From assembly GCA_028023455.1 (NCBI GenBank), contig JAQFVV010000003.1, positions 24,676,001 to 24,740,000 of the forward strand: a stretch of DNA of 64,000 nt. Direction: 5' to 3'. The translations under genes and the position numbers were made by a program. This document shows positions 41,871-54,254 of the stretch, piece after piece. The DNA is from Epiperipatus broadwayi (taxonomy: Eukaryota; Animalia; Onychophora). The notes beneath the pieces are model-generated. The model worked only from the letters and a program-made list of their open reading frames with translations. It did not search any database and was not told where the DNA came from. Positions within the stretch are counted from its first letter, which is position 1. The number at the start of each line of letters is the position of its first letter.

Positions 41871-42676
41871 AAAACACCATCATCATAAAACTTCAGGAAA
41901 ACAATTAGCAATAAGTATTGATCAAATAAGAAAATGATAAATCATTCATCTATAAATTTTCCAAATATGTATGATTTATCATCAGTATAAATAAATAAGA
42001 ATTCTAAATGAAATGAAACACTGGATCATCAATAGTGAAAGTTTGGCAGTATTTTCCACTCTTAACTTAATCTAACATCAATTTTAGATCTACAAAACGA
42101 ACTTTATGAGTTTACCCATTTTCTAGCTGATTTTTTTTTAATTTTTAAAGTTAATATTTTGATATCTACATATTTATAAAACTAGAAGTATTTTATGGTT
42201 AAAATGGGAAGTAAGTTAATTAAAAATTAATGGAAATGATGCAGATGATGTTATATTTTGCAAGAATTGCTTCAGAGATTCAGGAAATTTTACAAAAACT
42301 ATTGGATGAAATCAAGAAAAAATTAAATATATGCTTAAAAAAATAATGGTATAATAGCTTTTCCAAAAATAAAAATTGATATTTAAAGAATTGGAAGAAA
42401 TTAATAAATACAGATGAAAACATAAATTAATCATAGAATTAAACTTAAATGGAGTACTTTTATTAAAAATTATTCAGTATTAAAATATATATATATATGT
42501 ACTGTATATTTGAAAAAAAAAAAAAAAAAATTAAATGTTTTAGCTTTTTTTCATATCTGCACTCCAATATGTAATATATAGGGGGGTTTGAACTCACTTT
42601 CATATGATACTCAATTATCCGTGCTATCATACTGCTGAAACACTTGATCACACACATGTCAAAAAGATCAATAATC

Positions 42677-42720
42677 ACCAATATACATTTCGTGCTAAAC
42701 CAGCACTCGTCCGTTGATCC
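42677..42720 (-). ncRNA. Type I hammerhead motif with U4G core change
   Basis: On -: GGATCAA-CGGACGA-GTGCT(GGTTT)AGCAC-GAAA-TGTA-TA-TTGGT. Stem I ATCAA/TTGGT is intact. Confidence 0.7.
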
Positions 42721-43020
42721 AGATTATCATCACACATATATACAATTAAAGCTCAGCTTATATTAAGATAGCCAATCTTCATACTTTAATGGACAGGCTT
42801 CAATCCACTCCACCCCACAACTCTTCAGCTGTCCATTTCATTGAAAATCTGATGATGGAACACACAATATGGGCTTTGAGCATTCCATCATCTGATTTTA
42901 AATGAAATGGATGGCTGAAGAGTTGTGGAGTGGATTGAAGCCTGTCCATTAAAGTATGAAGATTGGTTATCTTAATATAAGCTGAGCTTTGATTGTATAT
43001 ACGTGTGGAGATGATAATCT

Positions 43021-43065
43021 GGATCAACTGACGAGTGCTGGTTTAGCACGAAATATGTAGGTGAT
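43021..43065 (+). ncRNA. Type I hammerhead ribozyme motif, canonical core
   Basis: GGATCAA-CTGACGA-GTGCT(GGTTT)AGCAC-GAAA-TATG-TA: invariant core, perfect 5-bp stem II and minimal self-complementary helix III. Relative to the other arm it lacks 2 nt of stem I. Confidence 0.75.
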
Positions 43066-43289
43066 TATTTATCTTTTTTGAAATGTGTGTGATCAAATAT
43101 GTCAGCAATATGAGATAGCATGGATAGTTAAGGGTATCATGAAAGTCTGGGGTCAAACCCCTATAAATGTGTTTTATAGTGTTTAAACAGATTTGAAATT
43201 TTAATGCTTAATAGAATAATATACAGTTTTCAGACCATACAGATAAGTAAAGAGAAGTGTATGTTGGGAATAACTATAGATAAAATACA

Positions 43290-43510
43290 TTGAAAGAGAA
43301 CAAATTGAAAGAATTAGGTCGAATCTAACTGGTTATGTAGTTAGAAGAAATGACAATAAAATAGGATGTTGAAGCCTTAACGTGGATCCCAAGAAACTAA
43401 AATTTTAAAGAAAGACCATATGTGAAATGAAGTTTTCCACAATGATGAGAAGAAAAACTTCGATTAAATTTGAAGAAACCTTCCTCTTACAGTGGATCAA
43501 GAATAATTGA
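43290..43510 (+). mobile_element. Old RTE 3'-end fragment
   Basis: Decayed equivalents of WAGHIARR.DNRW and KLGETFILQWI (GAAACCTTCCTCTTACAGTGGAT). Confidence 0.55.
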
Positions 43511-44513
43511 AAACAAAATAGATACATAAACATTATTATAATCCTTTACATATACAATGTTTTTATAAGGTTTGTTTTTTAGCAGTAATCTTCAAAAAAG
43601 AATTGGAAGTGATGATCAAAATTTCATTTATGTTCTAAATAATTATTATCTATACTCTGAAATAAAACATATGGGGGGGGGGGGAGAAAAAAGTTGAGAC
43701 AACAAGTATTCATTGAATTGATGGATCCAACTAGATTACTTCCATATTCAAATTCGACAAAAAAAAAAAAAACATTAATAAGGAAAACTATTTCAAGTAA
43801 GAGAATTTTTTTTAAAATTTTCTTCAAGGAAAAATAACGTGAATAAAATTAAATGCTCCAGATAATTAATATTTTTAATGTAATAATCAAAACTAATCAT
43901 GAATTACAATAATGCTGCTAACTTGAAAAACAGGAAAACATATTCATGATTAACATGCCAAAAAATAGTTGTTTTTTTTTAAAAAAAGCTTAATCCACAA
44001 TCTTTAATGTAAATTTTGAGAACATAATCCTTCAAATACTAGAGTTAATTCCATATTCAAGACAACAGCAATTGATTCTTTTAACTTATTATAGTATAAG
44101 GAAGAGTGTTTTTTTTTTTTTTTCAGATTTTTTCTTGAATTTCAAACTTTAGCTTAATATGAAAAAAAAAAGGAAGTAAGAGATAATTGTAAAATATATG
44201 TCTGCATTAATTTCAGCTTTGAATCCCAAATCCTCAATGAAAAATAAAGCCAAAAAACTGATCTAGGAATAGGGAATAAATTGCACTATTATATAGTAAT
44301 CACTGATAATTGAAGCTTACAACAAATGATTACAATAGTAAAAAAAAGAAGATAACTTGCAGTTTTTCAAAGATGAATCCCCAATTACTAATAGAAAGTA
44401 TATCCCCTGAAATATCAATACAAAACTAATACATAATTTATATCCAGTTCATGTAGAATAGCATCTCCAAAATCTAGCAGAAATTATTTTACTGAAGCTA
44501 TTTCATATCCTAT

Positions 44514-44726
44514 GATATATATGTAATTTAGATGGAATCAAACTACCTTTCACACATGCACAAAGAATTGTGAACACTCCCCATCAATAAATATTTTAAA
44601 ATCACAGGCAGCCATTTGCATTTAAAGCTTTTAAATATTTTTAAAATATTTATTGATGGGGAGTGCTCACAATTCACAGCACATGTATGAAAGGTAGTTT
44701 GCTTCCATCTAAATTACATATATATC
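44514..44726. repeat. 213-bp palindromic MITE-like element
   Basis: GATATATATGTAATTTAGATGGAATCAAACTACCTTTCA...TGAAAGGTAGTTTGCTTCCATCTAAATTACATATATATC, with arms of about 90 bp. Confidence 0.75.
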
Positions 44727-46703
44727 TAAAAATGCTGTTATTTAATACACATATACATAATCAATTTATTACATCTTATATTTAAAAAACCATATATAAG
44801 TATGCCATCAGGAAGAAAACAACAGTTAAAGATAAATATATTATCTTATTAAAGTATTCAATTTCAAGTATTATAAAACTGTACTGGAACTCAATGTGTG
44901 GAATCCATGCATGTGACTCCACAATTTCTTATTGTGAACACTTAAAAATAAGAAAATGCATAGACTTGGATCCCTTTAGTTAAATTATGTTTTTACAGTG
45001 GTGCTCTCTGTGAAGCCTGCCTTGATTTAATTATAGATGAAATTTGTCTTCCCAGGAGTCAATCTAATACTCTGTGCAAATGATGAATTAGATCCTATCC
45101 TTGTAATAAATCTGAAACTTATTGACACAATTCATGACATGGCTCTAATCACAGCATTATAATAGAAAAGTTGGACAAATGATGTATTCGATAATGCATT
45201 CAATTGGATCTACTTTAAATAACTTATAGTTTTAGAAATTTTTTTAATGCTTAATTTAATTCTTGGCAACTTTAACATTTTCTAAAGAAAGAGCTGAAAA
45301 TTATAAAGCTTTTTTAAAATTGAGATAACACCAAATTGAACAAGAATTAAATGATTACTTTGAATAGATAGGCAAAGCAGAAGATTATTTTTATGCCAAA
45401 GTAAAAATAAATAAATAAATGCTATGTTAATAATCTTTGCCAATGTTCTCTAATCTAATAAGCCATTTGCAGATTTATCAATTTTAAAATTTATTAAACC
45501 AATATTTTAAAGTAATTCAATTTCAAATAGCATCACAACAAAATGTGAATACAGAAATTTATTAATCTAAAGCCAGTAAAATTGTAACATCTATTAAATC
45601 ACCCACAATTGATACAAGAATGAAAGTAAAAGTACTGTTATAGCTATTTGTCCTTTTTTTTTTCTATAGAGAAGTATCAAAGTCTTGCATATAAGATGAG
45701 AAAGATTGATCTGAGAAATTTTACATTGAGTGATAGTTCAAAATTTATAACAAAATTTGGAAGACTGCACAAGAAATCTGAAATGTTTGATGGATTACAA
45801 ATATTTATCTGATGGTTTAGGCAATTTATTATATATGTATACACATTCCTTAAGAAACTTTCATAAATGCAAGAAACGTATAATTTTTTTCTATTGTACA
45901 AAAAAAATCACGGAATTAATTAATAATTTTTTATTTATAATATCACATCTCAGCTATGAAAAAAAAATTGGAAAATTTAAGAACTCATTGAAATTTTTCA
46001 AGCATTTTTTAAAATCATGAAGAATGAATAACAGTTTTTTAAAAAAATATTTTGGAGAAATCAATTTTCAAAATTTTGGATTCATAATTTCTTTAAATAT
46101 AAGCTTGCTTGGTGTCAATATAAACCTTATCAAAAGCTGAATAAAAGTATTTATTTTGTTTTCTGGCTTGTTCCTAACTTTAAAAATTGTGTTTGATGAT
46201 TTATTAAGGGCAATGATAAGTAGGCTAAAAAGATTCTAACCCTAACATGATTTCAGATAAAATTTTATATTTGTGACACTGATACAATAATAAATATTTC
46301 TTACTTCTAAGTTAAAATATATATATAATAAGATTAAAAAGTTTAGTCTGACTTGAGATTAGTGATGTTTAAAAGCTTGACACATCTAATGAAGGTTTCT
46401 TTGAGACTGATCATGTGACCCATGTCACAGGTTGCAATCCCGAATTTGATTACTATTTTATTTTACTGTGAGCTGATAGAGGATGTTTAAAAGCAGCTTT
46501 TTAATGCTGTTAAAGTAACAAATGTGTGCAAAGTTTTTAAAAAATATACATTGGTAATTTAAATTTAACCACATGACATGGAATAACCCATGTAAGTTTT
46601 ATACAATGTTAAATATTCACTATGTCAAAATGATTTTACATAAGTTAGTGTTAAAAGATAAATTCTAGCTTAAAATTTTGGAAATAATCTTAAATTCTCT
46701 TAC

Positions 46704-46735
46704 CTCTGATGTTCTATCAGCATTTTGTTTGGTTC
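46704..46735 (-). CDS. GRIP: Predicted 32-nt GRIP micro-exon
   Basis: Needed to convert phase 1 (end of the 46817 exon) to phase 0 (start of the 40519 exon). Bounded by AATAG acceptor and GAG|GTAAGA donor. Encodes (R)[10 protein letters not shown]. Confidence 0.65.
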
Positions 46736-46816
46736 CTATTAATGAAAGAGTATTTTTATTATTATTAAAATAACTATATGCTAATATTTCACCATAATAT
46801 GCTCTGAATGACTTAC

Positions 46817-46962
46817 TCATATTATCACAAGCTTTAGATATCTTAAGTGTAACAATGTCACCAGCATTCTGCAGCATTTGGATAGCTTCACTTAAAGTTT
46901 TTCCTCGCAATGTTTTATTATTGATGGCAAGTAAACGATCCCCTACATGGAGTGCCCCTGTC
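46817..46962 (-). CDS. GRIP: GRIP exon, C-terminal half of PDZ6
   Basis: TATAG acceptor and GTAAGT donor, 146 nt, phase-compatible with the previous exon. Reads (R)[48 protein letters not shown]. Confidence 0.93.
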
Positions 46963-49544
46963 CTATAAAAAAAAAAGAGTAATGAAGAAAGTTAATAGAT
47001 TATTGAAAATCTTATAGTATCACTCAGTTATCAATAATTTATATATAAGCAGTTGCCAATTTATGTATACAATCCGGTCTGCATTTTTTTGATTAGTTGA
47101 TTATAAACATTTATTGCTATAACACATTAAAGGGTGTCTTTCTTCAGTGATTAATCATATTTACAGAATATTTCTTTATTAAAAACATTTTTGGAAAACA
47201 TGTTATTCAAAACATCATATAAGCAAAAAACATCATGTTTTACTTATATGTTGAACTATTTCTATCATCTAACATTAAATATTGAATGCCTTAAACAAAT
47301 TTGCAAACATTTTAAAATTTTCTACAGATGATGGAAATAGTTCAATATATAGTTACTATCAAAATGCCATCATTATAAATCTTCGAGCAAAGTCATTGCT
47401 AAATATTCAATGTACATGTAAGAAAGTGAGTTATAGTGCTGCAAAAGTAAATCAATTAAGAAATTTTAAATTAAACTAAGTTTAAAAATAAAAGCTTTTT
47501 AATAGAGACATATATAAATTAATTGTATAGATTGTAAAACTTAACTTATATAGAAATAAATTCCTAACAGATTAATTAATTAGTATAGATTTTAAAACCT
47601 TATATGGAAGTAAATTCCTAAGGAGTAATTAATTGTATGCATAATTAAAAAGCTGAGAGGAATTTCATTGTACAGTAACAAACTCTAAATAATAAGTAAA
47701 TTAATTAAGCAAATTGATTAAAACCAAAGAATTTACTCCAGAAAAAATAAGAGAAACAAAAGAAGAGATGTATAAAAAGCTAGAGAAAAAGGACTGCTGG
47801 CTCTTTTGTGGTTGTTGATTCTTCAAGTTGAAGTTGCTGATTAGGTCATCATCAGTGGATGTCATTCCCAGGATCTAGGTTCATGTAGGTAACCAAGCCG
47901 ATTAGGATGTTTAGCAGACTGTCCCAGTCTTATTATTATTTTGAAATACCTCAAGAGGGTCACCGAGAGATGTGTTTTTTAAAAGGCTATAGACTGTGAG
48001 TAAGTAAAGTACATCGTTATTTACCTTAACTAAAAACATTTTATTCATTAATTGTTATTTAACTTTATGAGTTATGTTCGCACAAGGGCTAACTAATTGT
48101 ATATTGAAGTTTGATTAGAACTGTCTAATTGTTAATAAATTGTCATATTTTTATGTGTGTTGCTATTAACATTAATTATGTATTCTTGTGAACTGGCCAC
48201 CCAGTCATAGTCAGGGACACATCAGTCTTAATCATTTTTGTTGTCAAATAGCAATTTCATCCAACCTTACTAAGTTTATGCCATCTAGTGTAAGCTTTAG
48301 TCATTAATAGTTGCCAGATAGTAATGCTTAATAAATCCTTATCCAATACTGTCCTAACCAAATATACCCAGATTAGTTTCTACTCTGTGGCTTTCATCAT
48401 TGAAGAACTTTTGGATTTTTGAACAATCCACTTGGATCTTTTTGATTTTATGCATTCAGTTTTTACTTCTCATTATACTATCAAGCTATGGGCCTAAATT
48501 GAAAAATCTATATATTTTTTTTCAATCCAAGCCAATTTGCTTGTATAATAATTATATAGAACTGAAACCTATTTAGTTTCTATATATTATGATAACCTTA
48601 GTTTTATATTACTAAAGCTTATATTATATGGGGTAAAATGGTAAGATTGAAAAAAATTACTATTTAAATTTTTGGTTATCTGAGATTTTCATTTTTATAA
48701 TAAATATTTAAAAAGTTTATTGGTGCAAAATAAAAAAAGGTTATTTTCTCCCTCTTTTTCATATTATTAAATTATTTTACAACTTTCAAGAATATAATGA
48801 ATTTTAATCCCTTCTTTAAATTTTGTGTATGCCAGATATATTTATGCAAATACTGCTTTTTAATAAGTATTTCATTTCAAGGCAATAATTTCTGATAAAA
48901 GAGAAATAAAGAAGAAAGGAATAATTATTAGGTTACTGGATGATGAGAGCTTGAATAATTTCCATCCTTGTTTTGCCATTAGATTAGGATAGCTAGATAT
49001 CTATTTACGAATAAATGTTGGAGGTTGGCTAATTTAGCTATGAGTCAGCTTTTTGAAAGAAAAATCCTGAGCCTTTTGAAAATATTCACTTGACCTAAAT
49101 TCAAACTTTAAATTACTTGCACGTGGATGTATTACCTCTACAATAAAGCATAGGCTTGTGTGTATATATACACACAAATGTGTCATGAAACAGAGAGAGT
49201 TGATATCCTATCCCTCACACCTTCACATTTTTTTTTATCTGAGATCATCAGAAGATTGTTCTATAATCCTATCTAGTGCAAATAATTGATATAGTTTGCA
49301 TATATATTTATCCTATACCTGTAACAAATTGAAGCATCAATTTTATTTTTTTTAAAAATGAAAATGAAGCTCATGCCATATATTTGTAGTATATGTTATT
49401 CTTTTGACTGCATCATTGCACTGACAGTATACTATTTTTCTCAGCCATGTGTAGCTCATCTTGATTAGCTTCTAGCTTATAAAATTGTGATTGCAGATTT
49501 TTAATCTTAATATTAAAACAGAATCCCCATTTATTAAAATATTT

Positions 49545-50545
49545 GCCATATAGTGAGTTGCCATTATGCATTGGATTTTTAGATTATAAAAAAGGCATTT
49601 CCTCAGTGATTAAAACATTCGATCATCAAGGTATAGATCCAGGATATTGTCATATTCTGAAAAATATTTATCAAAATGCAACAACAATGATTAGATTACA
49701 TAATGAAACTAGGAAGATTAACATTGAGAAGGGTATTTCCAAAACTTTTTACAGTAATTTTACAATAAGTATTTTGTGAATTAAAATGGGAAGATGGAGG
49801 AGTAAAAGTAAATGGAGATTATTTAAGTCATCTAGATTTTGTAGATGATGTAATTGTTTTTGCAAAGGAAATGTTGCAAAAGTTGTCAGATAAAAGTAAA
49901 AGATAGGACTAAAGATAAATGCTAAAAAGACTAAAGTAATGTTTAATGGAATTTCTGAAAGGAAGGAAACAAAAATTGAAAATGATGAATTAGTAGAAGT
50001 TAACAACTACAAATATTTTGGTCAAATTATTAATACAGACTGAATCATATTGGATGAAATTAATCATAGAATTAAACTTGGAGTAGAAATAATTTAATAT
50101 TAAAAGGAAATATGCCTACGTGTTTGAAAAAGGTTTTTAATAAATATGTTTTACAAATTCTCATTTATGGATCTGAGACTCGGACATTTAACAGAAGAGC
50201 CATAGAGAAACTTCAGACTACTTACTAAAGTATAGAGAGATGTATGTTAGGAGTAACAAGAAGGAATTTAAAACAAATTATATGGGTAAGAAAAGAAACA
50301 GGTAGTATTGCCATCATTGAAAGAATTGAGACATTGATGTGGAGTTGGCTGCATATATTGATAGAAGAGATGGAAAGTTAAAATTTTAAATTGGATTCCA
50401 AGAGATTGTAAGAGATCGCATATGAGCTGGATAGATGAAATAAGGAAGTATGTTGGGGAAATGTGTAGAAAAGAGGTTATAGATCAGAAAAACTGGATTA
50501 ACTTTGAAAAAACCTTCACTTTACAATAATGGTTGAAAATGATAA
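49545..50545 (+). mobile_element. Decayed copy of the same RTE family (RT C-terminal half to 3' end)
   Basis: Colinear with the reverse complement of about 54260-55340 (e.g. GATCATCAAGGTATAGATCCAGGATATTGTCATATTCT). Many stops and indels. Confidence 0.88.
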
Positions 50546-53500
50546 TAAATAAATTCAATGCTAATAAATAACATTTGGGTATATAAATGATTGGTTTATA
50601 TCTTACAGGTTTTCTGATTAAAAAAAGCAGGTGTTACATTTATATTAATAACACACAACATAATCTTACCAATTTTGACATCACACTAACATTGTTTCAC
50701 AGAATAAACACTGCTTTTAATTTAACTTGTGAGTTCATAGCTTAGCCCTTACAACATAACATGAAAATCCCTTTGCATATAAATGTTGAATTTAAGACAA
50801 TTCAATTTTAAAATATAAAATATTTTAAATATTAAACATTACAGTGACTTAGCTTAAAGAGAATTTTAAACCCCTATATATTAACACTTTAAACACTAAT
50901 ATTTATTATGATTCAGTAGATTATTAATTAATATTTAAGGTGATAATTTGTAGTTTCCTTTACTCTGTTTTAGACTAATTCACTGTAACATTTAGATGTT
51001 TAAATTTTTTAAAAAAAAACTTGTGATTATTTTATGTTTTAAAATCTAATCAGTTTTTTTTTAGTTTTGTTATTTATATTAAAAGGGCTGAACATTATAA
51101 TACAAATCAGCTCTGCAAAATAAACCTGTTATTCAACTACAGTATACAGTCACATAGCATTACTAGTTTAGCAACATTTCACATCTGAGGTGTATACATA
51201 TATAAATACATGTTAGTAGTACACACTTAAACAATATCAATAACAAGCTCAATCTGTTGTCAAGGCAGCCTCCTTTGTACATAAAGATAGATACCTACAT
51301 CTTTAATTATGGTCTAATATGTTTATATAAACACTAAAATTTGCAACTTGATTAAAGAGAGTGAGATTATAAATTCAAAAAAGTTTTAACAAATCTCATT
51401 AAACAGGCAAATATAACATGTTTTGAAAGCAGACTAACAAAATCAATTATAAATTTTCAAACTGCACTGAAACTATATATTACTTTGATAATAAAGCTAA
51501 CAATGCTCAGGGCTATTTATAAAGGCGATTCTGTTTATTTATTTACAAATATTTTAATTAAAATGTAATCACCAACTATAAACTGGTGAAGTTAAAATCA
51601 TGTTATCTAGAAATAACATTTTTCAATCTGACACAAATTAATACACCTCAAAAGTAATTGTAATAAATGATTGAAGTATAATTATTGCTCTCTATAATGA
51701 TAAATTTTAAAAATATATTTAATAGCTGCCAAGAATTAAAACATAAAAGAAATTATCAACCCATTTGCAGAACACGTGTTACACCAGGGTCAGCTTAAAA
51801 CATGTAATAGTAATGATTTTATCAATGCAATAGAATTTTTCTATTAAAATATGAGTTATTTCAAACAAAGTCAATTTACATAGAATTTTAAAGAATGAAA
51901 TATTTAATATAGAAATAATTTTAGACAGTGATTCAATAACTAGTATGTTTTAAATTCAGGATGGCTTATAAAGTAACAGTTTCACTTCTTTTATATTTAG
52001 CACTATAGAAAGTAATATATGAAAAACACTAGTTTAATTTGCAATAAGCATTTGCTTTAAAAAATATTAATTTTATTTAATTTTTTTGGTATATAAAAAT
52101 ATTTTAGATTATAAATTTTAAGTGATTTAAATAAAAATTAATTTACAATGCAAAAATAAAGATATGAGAAATCATTTTTTTAATTTTTTTATAAATACCT
52201 ATAAAACATCTCATTACTTTATTTGCTTATATATAATTTCAGAAGTAGTTCTGAAGAAGGTCATAAGTCAGAAACCAATTTGGAACTTTGGCTATAATAG
52301 ATTGCATGCCATGTAATGTCGATTTATTACTGCTCCTAATATTATGAATATAGTAACTTTTAACTTTTTTTTATGAGTGAGTTTGTGGAGTTGCCATCAA
52401 TCAAACTGATGATATATTCTAGTTCATTTTGCAAAAAGTTATATTAAGCATTATTATTCATGTTGATTGTATATTTAATTTAAACTTTTCTTTTTATAAA
52501 ACCATTGATGCTACACAATATTTAATGAAACTACTAATTAAAAAAAAATCTGATATTTCTCAAGAATTAATGAAGATTTTATCTTCATACATAATTGGTA
52601 GAGTGGAGAATGCTAAAGTTTTCAATCCTCGATCACGGCTCTGACAATCATTTTCAGTGTGCAAACATTGTATGAGTTCTCAAGCAATAAAATCATTCAA
52701 TTATTTTTTACTGATTAATTGATGACATAAACTCCAACATTTACTATACATATTTTGAGTTAATAGACATTTAAAATAAATAAATAAATAAATATTAATT
52801 CCATTTTAGGCAGCATAAACCTAAAAAAAAAAAAACTGTTTTAAAGCTAGATAAGTTGCAACTATTGCTTATATAGGTATTGAAAGTAAATAGTATCAAG
52901 ACAGTCATGTGGGAGGGAATTCTGAAAGTATGATCAAATTTTATGAGTTTGGCTTACTATGAGTATTTAAAAACAAAAATATTATAAAATGCTGATTATC
53001 AAACCAAGGTTAGTTCAGAGAATTGAATAATTTTGATAACTTAATATTTATGGGAACAATACACTTTATATCATATTATTCTAGAGCCAGATATGTTGAG
53101 TGAGTTTTTGCCAGTAAGATATCAATAACGACATGTTATTTGGGTTCACTGATTATTCATGCTTTCATAGATGATTCCAAAGTGGTGAAAAAAAAGTACT
53201 GCTGTCTATGCAGATTTTAAAGGGAAAACAGAGGAATTATATAAAGTCCTGATTGGTATAAATATGAAAATACACTGTTTATATGAAACAAAGCAATTAT
53301 TCAAATGTTTTAAACTATGACGTATTACATTCAATTTAGGAAATAATTTGTAAATAATAACTAAAATGTTTTGGAAAAACAATGTGATTCAGAACTTAGT
53401 ATGGATTCCAAAAATCATTAATTAAAACAATCAAAAAAGCTAATGTAGCAATGTGCAGGGTAACACAGATGAAATTATATGAAAAAGAAACAAATCTTCT

Positions 53501-54254
53501 ATTGAATAATTCTGTTTTTATACTAATCAATCAATTTTAAATGATAAGACAAACTATAAAATATCTCTTGAAATGCATGTATTATGGGTCTATCATATAT
53601 TTCTCATGAATTCTATAAATTTCAAGTAATAGTTTTAAAGTAAGATGAAAAAACTGTCATTGAACTCATAATCCCAGAGGATCTGCCATGTTTAATATAA
53701 TATTTAAAATTTTAACAATTATAATATGATTTACTATGGCCAGACATCATAAGAACACAATGATGCTATTGCTAGGAAAGATGATAGATCTGCGTTATAT
53801 GTTCATTATTTGCAGTACGGACATAAAATAAATTGTATTGATAATATAAGTGTTCTTGATTATATTAAAAATGTTAATAGACGTAAAATATATGAAACAA
53901 ACTACATCATGTATAATAAAAACAACTGTATGAATATATACAAAATATCCATTAAGTTAAATAATAAGTGGTTAATGGATAAAGAATGGATAGTTAATTA
54001 ATTAATATATGCGGATATATATCCATTCAATATATATAACAGAGTAATTTTGTAGAATTGAGGAAAAAAAATCACATAATAGATCATGTCAGATATCCAT
54101 TTGTTTATCTGTCTTCTCTCGTGTGTTGATATAGATGTTGCTGTATGTGCTTTAAATCATGGAGACATATTGAAAAGGGCAAAAAAAAACATAATTTGCC
54201 GAAAAAGGCTTTTTTATAATAATTTTATAATTTGTAATCTTTGTTGCTTGTATA

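Larger units (their letters stand above)
42577..43165. mobile_element. About 590-bp palindromic element with a hammerhead motif in each arm (inverted Penelope/retrozyme-like insertion)
   Basis: Arms are reverse complements over about 280 bp, centred near 42870. Hammerhead cores at 43028-43053 (+) and 42688-42713 (-). Confidence 0.8.

Noticed and set aside
44514-44726. Hammerhead in the 213-bp palindrome
   Set aside because: Both arms read TTGATGG...GAAAGG with no coherent stems II and III, so it is kept as a plain MITE-like repeat.
47800-47900. CTGATGA on the minus strand near 47850
   Set aside because: Not followed by a stem II and GAAA.
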